Source: the human T2T-CHM13v2.0 reference genome, Homo sapiens. Taken from it: a stretch of 64,000 nt of DNA. Both the position numbers and the translations under genes were made by a program. Below the pieces are notes generated by a model, which was not told where the DNA came from, made no database searches, and saw nothing but the letters and a program-made list of their open reading frames with translations. Below are positions 40,841 to 52,580 of this stretch, one piece after another. Where the stretch lies: assembly GCF_009914755.1 (NCBI RefSeq), contig NC_060939.1; one strand, written 5' to 3'. Every line of letters begins with the position of its first letter. Position 1 is the stretch's first letter.

Positions 40841-41157
<317 letters not shown>

Positions 41158-41239
41158 GGCCAAGGGAGCCCCAAGGAAGGAGGACCTCTTCTGGGGAGGG
41201 AGAGGATTATAGTCTTACAAAGCTTCTCTAAGGTGTTAT

Positions 41240-41680
41240 GCCAGGTCTTGAAGGATAAAAAGGAGCAATCAGACTGCTACAGAAAGCAAAGGCACCCTAA
41301 TAAAAAATCAGTCAAAGACACCAAGGTGTAAAAGGGCACAAGTGTGGCTGGAATGCAAAGGGCTGGGCATGGGGCTGGAAAGGTGGGTGGGTCTGGCACC
41401 TGAATATCCCTGAGTTCCAGCCCAGGAGTCTGGGCTTTCCCCTGCAGCTGATGGAAACCACTGAAGAATTTGGTGAACACAGCTTCTATTAACAAGAGAA
41501 GAGCAAAAGAGGGCAGGAGTTGTGGGAAATAGACCAGGACAAATGGAGCGTGAGTTACCAGCGGGGCCTCCACATACAGAGGTCCAGGAGGTGGATATAA
41601 ATAAAAGCCTGAGGCCAGAGAGAGGTCCAAGCTAGAGGCGAAGATTATGGAATCTTATCATGAAGGTGAGAGTTGACGCT
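41240..41680 (-). mobile_element. L2 relic
   Basis: gtcttgaaggat..; gtgtggctggaatg; aggagtctgggctt; atggaaaccactgaagaattt. Confidence 0.6.
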
Positions 41681-42409
41681 GGGGCAGAAAAGGGACCACC
41701 CCCACCCCCAGGAGGGCACACAGAGATGAGAAGGCCATAGAATGGCATCTGCCACCAACAAGGTCATTCCCTTCCATGGAAAATCCAGCCCCTTGCTAGT
41801 CCAGGAGGACTAGCAAGGAGGCATTACCCCCTGTAATTTAGCCTTCTGCAAGGACCTGCTTTACCCACTATCAAATTCTGGCCCAGTTCTGCCTGAGACC
41901 AAATTACACCCAGTGTCATCTACTGGACAAGTCTCTACGGTGAAGGAAGTATGGCATCATGGTTGCTTTGTAACTTCCCAAACGTGTCTTCAGAGCTCTG
42001 AAGCAATGAGCAGGGACCTATTTCCGGCCCTAAATCTCTATAAAGGAAAGGGCCATTACCTCTAGAGCATGCTGGGCAGGTGGGGGCAGGGTGCTAGGAA
42101 ATGTCCCCTTCCCCTCACCCAAGATTTCTACACCTACCTGCAATCATGCTTTAAACTCCCCTCAACCAAGTCACATTTTTACAACCATACAGAAGTTCAA
42201 AGGGCTGTTACCCTGGACTGGTTAAGTCAACAGGTATTTACTGGTGCTGCAACTCCACACTCTTTAAATATCTCTCTGGCTTTCCACCTGTCACCTCTAT
42301 TTTGATGACTGCCACATCTGCCTGATGAGCAAGCCTCTTAGCTGTTTCAGGTATTTCCAATTGCCAGCAGGACATTTACGATGGAGAGATATAGTAGATC
42401 TTTATTGTA

Positions 42410-42630
42410 ACAGCGAAAGTTCTGGTGTCTGAGTGTCTGCGTTTGGAATCCTGTTCCACCTCTTACTAGCTATGACCTTAACTATTCTTCGCCTCATGTT
42501 CTTTATCTGTAAACTGATAATATGAAAGTGCAACCTCATGGGGCTGTGATGAAAGAAAAATACTCATGCCTAAATCTCTACAGCAGTGCCTGGCACACAG
42601 TAAGCATGCGATGAAAACGAGCTGTAATTA
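42410..42630 (+). mobile_element. MIR
   Basis: aatcctgttccacctcttactagctatgacctt...acagcagtgcctggcacacagtaagca. Confidence 0.75.
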
Positions 42631-42862
42631 TTACCTCCAGTCAGAAGTTCTACTCCCACCTCAGACTCTTATGTCCAAAACAGAGAGTTGGGCCATTAAT
42701 TCTGGTCCTGTTCCTCTACTAAGAAGCTCTGGGTGGCACTTACTTAACAGACCAGAAAATGAGGCCCACGGTGACAACATGACGTGCTCAAAGTCACAGA
42801 GCAAGCTAAGGAGAAAGCTGGGGTCAGGATTCCTCATCCAGGGCCCTTCTGTCACTTCCTAT

Positions 42863-43553
42863 TGTTACTGGGAAGTGTGGAGTCTTCGGTTTTTAGTCCT
42901 TCTGGAGGAAAGAATTTGGCTAAGAGACCAATTAGTAAAGTAAGCAAAAGGAAATAAGAGTAAACTCCAAGAGAGGACTGGGCTCTTCCGGCTGGGAGCA
43001 GCCCTGATACTTTTGTATTGCAGTTTTTATTATGCCAGACTGTTTCTTTAAGCTCCTGCCTCCATCTTAACACTCCACCTTTTTCTTTGTTTAGTTTTCT
43101 GCTTTTGTTTTAAGTCTCCACTTTTGCTCCCTCCTAGTTTTCACCTAGGTTTGTGGAATTTCCCTCACTGTCATTGATACACTTGTGCAGGGCCAGGTAA
43201 TCAATACGAACCTTACCTAATGGTGGCCTTGCTCATGTACCGCCACCACAGAAGGGTCACAGGGGGGTTACAACTGTACTTACTGTGCCTGTGGATTTCT
43301 TAGGAATATTTTCTTTGCCCTTTTTACCTTTCTATTAATACATAGCTAGCTACATTTTGACAGGTTAACTACAAAATTACAAGACGTCTTAAGGAGCGTT
43401 TGGGGGCACTTTTTCTGCATTGGCATTTTCCCTCCTCTCTGTTTATATTTAACATACATGTTTTAAGTAGTCTCTGGAACATAACATTTTCCAAAACTTC
43501 CTCCCCGGGGGCTCTCTTTTTTGTTTATGTCTAACTATTCATCTACTCTAACA
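42863..43553 (-). mobile_element. MER50-like ERV1 solo LTR
   Basis: Minus strand begins tgttagagtagatg..agacat and ends ..ccagtaaca; ~690 bp; degenerate TSD ctat/gtat. Confidence 0.7.
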
Positions 43554-43629
43554 GTATGTGCCCCCTCGCACCAGCCCAGCCACCCAACAGGAGGCTGCCG
43601 GCACCTGCAGAGAGTCCCTGAAGAACAAG

Positions 43630-43815
43630 TTAGACTTGGTACCAAAATCACCCCAGCCACTTATTGGAAATGTAGATTCCTGGCATCCTCCTATTAGATT
43701 CTGACTCAGTAAGTCTAGGGTGGGGCCCCAGATCCACATTTTAACAGGCACAACCAACCCTGTACCCCCACCAACTGGCTTGGATTCAGATGGTACCCAC
43801 TTTGAAAAGTGCCTC
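43630..43815. mobile_element. MER5A-like MITE
   Basis: aaatgtagattcctgg...agattctgactcagtaagtctagggtggggccc...cattttaaca. Confidence 0.7.
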
Positions 43816-45109
43816 TCAAGGGCGAGTTGACGCATGTGCCTCCACTAGAGATGAAATCCTGAACAGGGCCCAGTGAGGCCCTCTGGCCAGCCCGGGCTGC
43901 ACGCCTCGCAGACACGCTTGCGGGTGCAGTTACTGGGCATGGCTGCAGTCCCTGAATGGAATTTCAGAAATTTGGTCACATTCTTTCATACTCTCATCCT
44001 AGAAAGGAACACCGCCCTTTCAGACAAAGATGCACCTGTACCCCTGCAAAATCAGCAGGACATCCAACCCCAGGATTACCATTCCACTGGACATTGTTTA
44101 CTGCAATGGGAATTCATCGGGAGCTTGTGGGATTGTGGGTAATCTTATTCATAGCACCTGCCTCCTCTGTGGGTGACCTCATCAAAGGCTCCCGAAGCTT
44201 GTTCCCTCTCCCATCCATCCTGCGACTGACACTGAATATTAATACAGCTTCAGAAGCTTCTGTCCTTGCTCTCCTATAGCCAGTGACCATGTGGCCCTAT
44301 GTTCCTCCCCCTCTCTAATCTGGGCCGTCAGACCCTTTCCAGAGGGAGACAATCAAAGCAGATTGGAAGCTGTTTGAAGAAAGAACAAATAGCTGAAAAT
44401 CAATTTGCAGAGATAGTAGCAAGAATTACAGTTCTTTTTGTCTGCTTATTAACGGGCTCCAGCTAAGTATCAAATGGGAGAAGAGAATGCATTCCCAACA
44501 CAGTAAGTGGCTGATTTGGAGATGTTATTAAAAAGAGTTGACAGAATTCATTCAGATTATGACCAATTTAATTTTGGAGGGCTTTAAGGGTTCTGTTTAC
44601 TTCTCAGCTCATGGCTCTCTTGTGCCCAGAACTTGTACCCCAGGCCTGTGTTCATTCATTTCCATTTCTGAATTATCACAAGGACACGGAGATAACAAGG
44701 TCTGGTGACCAGAATATGGCTGTGGGAACTAAGAAATACTGTGATAACTGTCCTACAGCAATCTGGGGTTGGCCTTTGCATCAGCAGTGTGGCTGGCAGC
44801 AGGAAACGCATACGGTGAAATCACAGAGAACAAGTTTCATCCCCAGATCTGCTGGTCACTGGCTGTAGGGCCTTGGACAGGTCACTTAAACTATCTGAAT
44901 CTCGAAGTTCTTATCTGTAAAATGGGCATTCTAACATTGAATTTACAGGGTTATTGTGCTGATCAAAGGGCATAGTTAGCAAATGTCCTTTATTCCAAAT
45001 GTTGACCAAGATATACAATAAATAGCTGTTATTATTTCTTTTCTCTATTTTCTTCTTGGTAGCACAGAGATAGGAAGTGATTGAGAACTCAATCACTTCT
45101 CAACAACAG

Positions 45110-46095
45110 AAAAGGAATCACTTTCAATATAGTAGAAGGGGAAATGAAATAAAACCTATTCGACTAATCCAGTAGAAGTCAATAAAGCAGGAAAATAAAA
45201 AGAGAAGGAAATATAAAACATGTATTTAGAAAACAAAAAGTGGTAGAAGTCGGTCAAATATCAATAATCACAAGAATTATAACAGATTAAACTCATCTGT
45301 TAAAGGATAAATTTTCAGATTAGATTTAATTTTTTCATTCATTCATTCAACAAATAATTATTAAGCACCTACTATGCATACTAGGCAGTGGTCTAGGCAC
45401 TGCAATCCAGCTAAAAGCTATTCTAAAAGACACATTTAAAACCAAAAACAGGAAAGGATCAAAACCAAAAGATTAAGAAAAAATATTCCAGGTAATACTA
45501 ACTAAAAGAAGTTGATCTTGACAATATTAATTTGAAACAAAATAAGCCTTAAGACAAAAACTTGGCAATAAAAAGGTCTTGATAAAGAACAGTTCACCAA
45601 AAAAAAAAATATAGTTAACCTGAACCTGTGTAACCTCAACTTCGAAATATATAAAGCAAAAACCGACAAAAAGATATTATTGACAATGAATAATCAAAGT
45701 GGTAGATTTTAATCACTTCTCTCAGAAAGCATTGAATCAGACCAAAAAATTGTGAAGGATACAGCAGAGTCGAACCACAGTTATTTATGAAAACTTGCAC
45801 CTCAAAAATAAAGAATAAACAGCTATTCAAGTACATACTTACAAGAACTAACCATGTACCCTAGGCCACAAAGAAAATATCAAAAGGCATCAAAGAATTG
45901 ATATTATACAGATCATATTCACAAACCTCAGTGCAATAAAATTATAACGTCAGTAACCAAAACATTTCCACACAACCCATGTGTTAAGAAAATTTCTGAA
46001 TGCCCCTCTAAATAATTAATGGGTAAAAGGAAGAATAATCATGGAAATTATAAACTATAACTTAATAACAATAGAATATTATATAGCAAAATAGT
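45110..46095 (+). mobile_element. Old L1M/L1ME ORF2 5' (endonuclease region) relic
   Basis: atatcaataatcaca..ataacagattaaactcatctgttaaagg; aaatatataaagcaaaaac; ggccacaaagaaaat; cagtgcaataaaatt; ctaaataa..atgggtaaaaggaa. Confidence 0.7.
45334..45402 (-). mobile_element. L2 3' tip nested inside the L1M relic
   Basis: ttcattcattcattcaacaaataattattaagcacctactatg..ctaggcagtggtctaggcactg. Confidence 0.75.
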
Positions 46096-46246
46096 AAAGA
46101 GTAACATAAATATGGTTACTGTCCCACAGACAACTCCACAGCACAGGGACATCCCAAGACTAAGATACCAGATGGGAACCCTTAAAACTAGGGCAAGTGA
46201 ACAGAAGAGTTTTAGAAGGGCTGAACAAGACTATCTCTCAAATAGC

Positions 46247-46346
46247 ATTTTTTTTTTTTTGAAACGGAGTTTTTCTCTTGTTGCCCAGGCTGGAGTGCAA
46301 TGGCGTGGGCTTGGCTCACCGCAACCTCCACCTCCTGGGTTCAAGC
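46247..46346 (-). mobile_element. AluSq/Sp 3' fragment (~100 bp)
   Basis: T-tail, gaaacggagtttttctcttgttgcccagg...cctgggttcaagc; no TSD seen. Confidence 0.9.
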
Positions 46347-46624
46347 TATATCCTAGTCATCTTCATCTGTGTAGAACCACATACGGTAGGCATTCAGCAA
46401 GTCTTTGTGGAGACACCTTTGGGGTCTGCACCCCAATGCTACTTCTTTAACTGGCTGGAGCATTTCAAACCGTGGTCTGCCTGCTATGGCTAGAGGGAAG
46501 ATACTTACCCTGGTTTTTAGGGGTGTTCCAAAAAAGCTCCCACCATTGCTGGGCCAGAGAGAGCCAGAAAGCCACATTCCTGCCACATCATGCCCCCATC
46601 CAAAACACCGCCACAGTGCAATGA

Positions 46625-47180
<556 letters not shown>

Positions 47181-47362
47181 TAAAATGCAAATTCTTTCTC
47201 AGGGAATGAGCGTGGCAACTGAAGCTGCAATACCTGTCAGAATGATTTGAGAGCAATTCTTTTACTATTACTATCATCATTATCATTATTATCATTATTT
47301 CAACCCAGCCATTAGGTTAATACTATTAAGTCAGCATTTTCAGCAAATTGTTAGTGGCGTGA

Positions 47363-47364
<2 letters not shown>

Positions 47365-47406
<42 letters not shown>
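47365..47406. repeat. (GT)21 perfect dinucleotide microsatellite
   Basis: 42 bp uninterrupted. Confidence 0.97.
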
Positions 47407-47408
<2 letters not shown>

Positions 47409-47859
47409 GGATTACAGCTGTCATCATTTCTATCCTGTTGTAAGGTTTAATAATTTAACCACAGGTATGTGCTCCAGGCTGAAAGCCGATGAGTGAGAAG
47501 GAAGCAGGGAGGAAGGGGGGTGCCCAACCATACATTGTCCCATTAATATGAAGGTAATCAGCATGACTGTTGGATGAAGTAGAGCACGGTCCATGAGGCC
47601 GCAATAGAGCACATGTGTACACATCAGCATCTCAGCACTTTCCATGGACCCTGGCCCTCTCTGTGGCTAGGCATTGGTGGCAGTCCCAAGAAGCCTAAGA
47701 TGAAATTGACTTTAAAAAGTGGAAGCAGCAATGTGATTTGTATCCCCCGGGAAGTATGGCTTGATTTATTACTACATCCCCAATTACCCAGTGCTTGACA
47801 GAACTGGTCAAGCAGGGGAGGGGGCCAATAGTGTTAGTTCCCTTCCATGGAGATTCATG

Positions 47860-48085
47860 GCAGCGTCACTGAAAGTGTGGGAGTGTTGGAGTCAGCTGAA
47901 CCTGAGTGTGAATCCCCGCTGTGTGACTGCACAGGTGACTTAACCTCTCTGGGTCTGTTTCCTTATCCACAAAATGGGGGCTGGAACCCTTTCTCCTAGG
48001 ATGATTATGAGTGTTAAATTAGAAAAATTCAAGGACTAGCTCACCGTATGCACATGCATTATAGGCACTCAGTCAACAGCTACTC
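47860..48085 (+). mobile_element. MIR
   Basis: tggagtcag..acctgagt.tgaatccc...gtgacttaacctctctg...aaaatgggg. Confidence 0.78.
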
Positions 48086-48980
48086 TGCTGCTAGGCTGTT
48101 CTGTTCCAGGCTTGTTTCCTAGCTCCGGCAGGGCCCAACTCAGTGCCTACCTCAGGGCTCCAGCTAGGGCCTTCCAAAACCTCCATGGCCAAATGAACTG
48201 TCCTGAAGACATCCAGGAGGAGGCACCCCACCCCTGGGGAATCTCTTCACTCTCTTTCCCTGGCTCTGGGCAGTAATCTGAGATGTCAGGCTGGGTGTTT
48301 CTTTTAGAGGACAATGTGTCTTCAAGTACTGCCAGGGCAGTGATGAGCAGGTTGTGCATGGGACCCTGGGGGACTGTATTTGGGTCTCCCTTTCCTAGAG
48401 ACCCCCTGTCAATCTTCAGTGTTCCTCAGGAGGCACTCACCTCACATCACACCCCACTAAACACACACACACACATCAATAACAAGAGCATCAACTTCTT
48501 TTTTGGAAACTTTGGCTCCAACTAAATGAATCAGGGCCATCATCACAATATCCCTGTCCAGAAAATGAACATAAAGATACATGAATAACCTTGTCAATGG
48601 TTTAATTCCTCCACCCTGAAATTTACTATTTAAAACTTGGAGATAATAAAGACGTAGAAATTACAGGGGGAAAATGATCTACGAACAACCTTTGGCTAAC
48701 ATTTAGCAATATCTCTTGCAAGTCTCTCCTTTATGCATATTTCATTTTATATAGTAATGATCAACTTAGATGTTTGATATTCATTTATGTGTCCTGCTTC
48801 TCTCACCTAATTTTATAGAGTGAGCATCATTTTAATAGTTGCATGTTATTCTCGAAGAAAGGATACGCCATGATTTATGCAACCACCTCCCAATCATTGG
48901 AATCTCAGATTGCTGCCAAAACATTTGCTATTGTAAATGGCATTATGAAACAAATCAAGCCTTTTCTACTTTGAGTTCCT

Positions 48981-49313
48981 TGTTGGTTGGTTGGTTGGTT
49001 GGTTTTATTTGTTTGTTTGGGGGTTTTTTTGAGACAGGGTCTCACTCTGTCATCCAGACTGGAGTGCGGTGGCACTATCATGGCTCACTGCAGTCTTGAC
49101 CTCTTGGGCTCAGGTGATCCTTCCACCTCAACCTCCCCAGTAGCTAGGACTACAGGTGCTTGCCACCACACTTGGCTAATATTTTGTATTTTTAGTAGAG
49201 ACGGGGTTTCATCATGTTGCACAGGCTAGTCTCAAACTCCTGGGCTCAAATGATCCACCTGCCTCGGCCTCCTGAAGTGCTGGGATTACAGGCATGAGCC
49301 ATCGCACCCAGCC
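48981..49313 (-). mobile_element. AluJ element with (GGTT)n-derived tail, within an L1ME relic
   Basis: tcatggctcactgcagtcttgacctc; degenerate TSD tactttgag/tgctttgag. Confidence 0.92.
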
Positions 49314-49619
49314 TGCTTTGAGGGTTATTATCTCAGGAATTATTCACTGGAATGATAAGTATAAGGTTAAATGTTATAAGGCCCCTAATATGTATCACCG
49401 ACCTAATTTCCTAAAGAGTTATATCAATGTATATACCCCTAAACATTTGCTCATGATCTTCAAAGATATCCACTCTCACCAAATAAATAAATAAATAAAC
49501 TCAACATCCTTAGAAAATGTCTCAAGTAGATGGCAGAACATTAAGCCATCACTTCCCAAAATGTGGGTCCCTCCCATGCCACTGTAGTATAGGAGATATT
49601 AGAGCACGAGTAAACTTTT

Positions 49620-49868
49620 TTTTTTTACTTTAAGTTCTGGGATACATGTGCAGAACGTGCAGGTTTGTTACATAGGTATACATGTGCCATGGTGGTCTGC
49701 TGCACCCATCAACCCGTCATCTAGGTTTTAAGCCCTGCATGCATTAGGTATTTGTCCTAATACTCTCCCTCCCCTTACTCCCCACCCACTGACAGGCCCT
49801 GGTGTGTGATGTTTCTCTCCCTGTGCCTGTGTGTTCTCATTGTTCAACTCCCACTTATGAGTGAGAAC
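49620..49868 (-). mobile_element. L1PA8-like 5'-truncated 3' end
   Basis: taagttctgggatacatgtgcagaacgtgcagg...ctaggttttaagccc.gcatgcattagg; 19-bp TSD agagcacgagtaaactttt/agagcataaataaactttt. Confidence 0.92.
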
Positions 49869-50135
49869 AGAGCATAAATAAACTTTTAGTATATATTAGA
49901 AAAACTATGAAACACTCAAAATCCGTGTTTCTTTAAATATTATCAGGCCTTGGCTAAAGTGTGGGTTTAAGGGTTTTTTTTGTAGGTGTGTTGAGTTCAA
50001 ACTGTACGCTACTATGATAAAAGCTGTAAACATAGAGCAGGAAACTGCCCTGGTCTGTCAGGCAAAGCACAGTCCTGCCCTTAGAAAGAACAGGGCAAGG
50101 CAAGGAAAACTGAGTGAAAAACACTGGCTTACATG

Positions 50136-50145
50136 CACACACACA

Positions 50146-50183
<38 letters not shown>

Positions 50184-50187
50184 CACA
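50136..50187. repeat. Interrupted (CA)n microsatellite
   Basis: cacacacacacacacatacacacac... Confidence 0.95.
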
Positions 50188-50499
50188 GCCACATGCTAAT
50201 GCACAGCCCTTCAGGGTTGAGGGTGAGGTGAGGGCAGCGTTCTATGCTATTATCAGGCATTGTTGCCTTAGTGAGAATGAGGTGTCTAAGGGAGCAGAGA
50301 GGCCAGAGCATGCCTTAGGGTATTAGACTCCGCCATGGGGGATTAGGGCATGGGAGAAAGGCAAAGACAAGAACAGGCAATTCAGAGGGAAATTGTGTAA
50401 ACTACTTTTTCCAGTTTCACAATTTTGCCTTGAAAGTCAAGTATGGTCGAAGAAAAGCCAGGCCTGTTTCTCTGTTGTTCAAACGTCCAGGCATGTGGC

Positions 50500-50670
50500 A
50501 AGAGCTTGAGCTTTGGCTCAGCTAGACCTGTGCTCACGTCCTGGTTCTGCCACTCTGCAGCTGTGTGAGCCTCAGTTTCATCACCTTTGGTGGGGATGGT
50601 AATAATACTTATTTCATAGCACCACTGGAAGAGAAAGGATTCAGTGCCTAGCACACAGACAGGCTCCCAC
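50500..50670 (+). mobile_element. MIR
   Basis: cctggttctgccact...gagcctcagtttc.tcacct...gggatggtaataatac. Confidence 0.7.
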
Positions 50671-50913
50671 AGATCCCAGTAGTAGGAGTCAGGGGGAGGG
50701 GAGGGGAGAGCTGTAGTAATGTCGAGTGGTAACACTGAGGGAGGGAAAAGAGAGGGGGCATGATATAGTGTGGGGTAGTGTAATGTTGCCCTACCCAATC
50801 TCTTTCAAAGTAGTCCCAGCAAAGAGAGAGGCCCGACTAGGGAATGCCACATACCCATCAACTTCCAAGAGCCAGTGCGACTGGTAAGAACTATCGAGAA
50901 CCCAGAATCCAAC

Positions 50914-51358
50914 TGTACTGGGTTGCATAGTGTCCCCCCAAACTCATGTCCACCCTGAACCTCAGAATGTAACCTAATTCAGAAACAGACTCTTTGCAAA
51001 CGTAATTAGTTAAGGACTGAGATGAGATCCCACCAAATTTGAGTGGGCCCTAAGTCCGATGGCTGGTGTCCTTATAAGAAGAGGAGTGAACTCATGGAGA
51101 CACACAGAGGGAGGAAGGCCACAGGAAGATGGAAGCAGACATTGGAGTTATGCTATTATAAGCCAGGGAATGCCACGAGCCACTGGAACCCATAAAAGGC
51201 AAGGAAAGATTCTTCCCTAGAAGCTGTGGAGAGCATGGCCCTGCTGACACCTTGATGTCTGACTTCCGGCCTCCAGAACCGGGAGAGAATAAGTTCCTGT
51301 CGTTCTAAGCCACTCAGTTTGTAGTAATTTGTTACAGCGGCCACAGGCAATTAACAGA
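50914..51358 (+). mobile_element. MLT1C-like ERVL-MaLR solo LTR
   Basis: tgtactgggttgcatagtgtcccccc...ggtgtccttataagaagagg...gcctccagaac; 5-bp TSD ccaac at 50909-13 and 51359-63. Confidence 0.88.
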
Positions 51359-51991
51359 CCAACCATCTCAATTCACAGAGAAAGAAAGCAAGTCCTAAAG
51401 ACGACAGTCGCCGTCGACCCACAGAAAGCTATCAGCCAAACAGGGGCTAGAACCCAGTTTCTCGGCCCTCATTCGGGGCTCTTCTCCCACTTTACAGAAT
51501 CCTCCAAGTCTGTGACATCGAATAGGACTTCACATCTAGATTAGAGCCAGACAAAAGGCCGATTTTGACAGGGCCGCTCACCCCTCTGCGCCTGTGTCCT
51601 CCCCAGAGAGAACCCGGTGAGTAGAATTCACTTTTCCTGATCGTGACTGACTGCTCAGTTCTAGGTAAGAGCTCTAACTGATTAGTCGGGCAACAGGTGA
51701 CTGATGAGTTTGCTTGTCAGCTGTCATGACAGAGGAAACCCCAGTGAGCTCCCTCCCCCGCTGAAACCAATAGCAAGAGGTTCATCTCCATGTTGCTCAT
51801 GCCACATGAAGGTGCTGCATAATAAATGGGAAAAAACCTAATAAATAACATACGATTTTGATATTGACTCAATGGGACTTTGAACTCAATATCTGTTGAG
51901 TCAATGAATGTTGTTCAATAAATATGCCCAGACATTCCTTTAAAAAGGCATGGAGTTTTCTCTTCTACATATTAATAATAGTTCCATTTAT

Positions 51992-52344
51992 TGAGCATGT
52001 ACTATGGGCCGAGTATTATGCTAAGTATATCAGTCAGGCCCTTATATACTTAGTATAATACTTGGCCCATAGTAGATGCTCAGTATACCAGTTTGATGTA
52101 TCACATGCTCATATATCCCTAACTGATATACTTAGTGTATATCAGTTCCTTTATTCAACTCTCCTCAAATTACCTGAGTGTTTAACTTGCTCCCTGACTG
52201 ACATATACTTAGTAATAGTATATATCTAAGTACATATAGTAATAGTATGTATCTAAGTATATATAGTATACTAAGTATATATCAGTCAGGGAGCAAGTTG
52301 AATAGTCATATCAGGTAATTTGAGGAGAGTTGAATAAAGGAACT
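51992..52344. repeat. Cluster of three inverted repeats plus a 27-bp tandem duplication
   Basis: Arms 51992-52030/52044-52082, 52121-52131/52137-52147, 52144-52214/52269-52344; tandem units 52210-52236 and 52237-52263. Confidence 0.92.
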
Positions 52345-52580
52345 ATTTACAAAGGTGTGGGTAGTGTGGGGAAACCCCATAGGCGCATGCGGTAGCCCAG
52401 GGTGGATAGTGCCAGCCATTACCTCCTGGGCTGAAGGATAAAAGGTGGGAGACAAAGACAGGTATGTGGAGAGGGCAGTGTGACAGGAGCTGAGATGGGG
52501 TCAAGGGACGCAGCCTGCGAACAGTGCCCAGAAGAGAAGGTGCTGGACTCACCCCTGTCCCCCACTACAAGGTCAGAGGG
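52277..52580 (-). mobile_element. LTR33-like ERVL LTR relic
   Basis: tatcagtcaggg...taatttgaggagagtt.aataaagg.actatttacaaaggtgtggg...gggaaacc. Confidence 0.65.

Noticed and set aside
43820-43930. Small CpG cluster as a CpG island
   Set aside because: Only about 7 CpGs over ~110 bp, far below island length and density.
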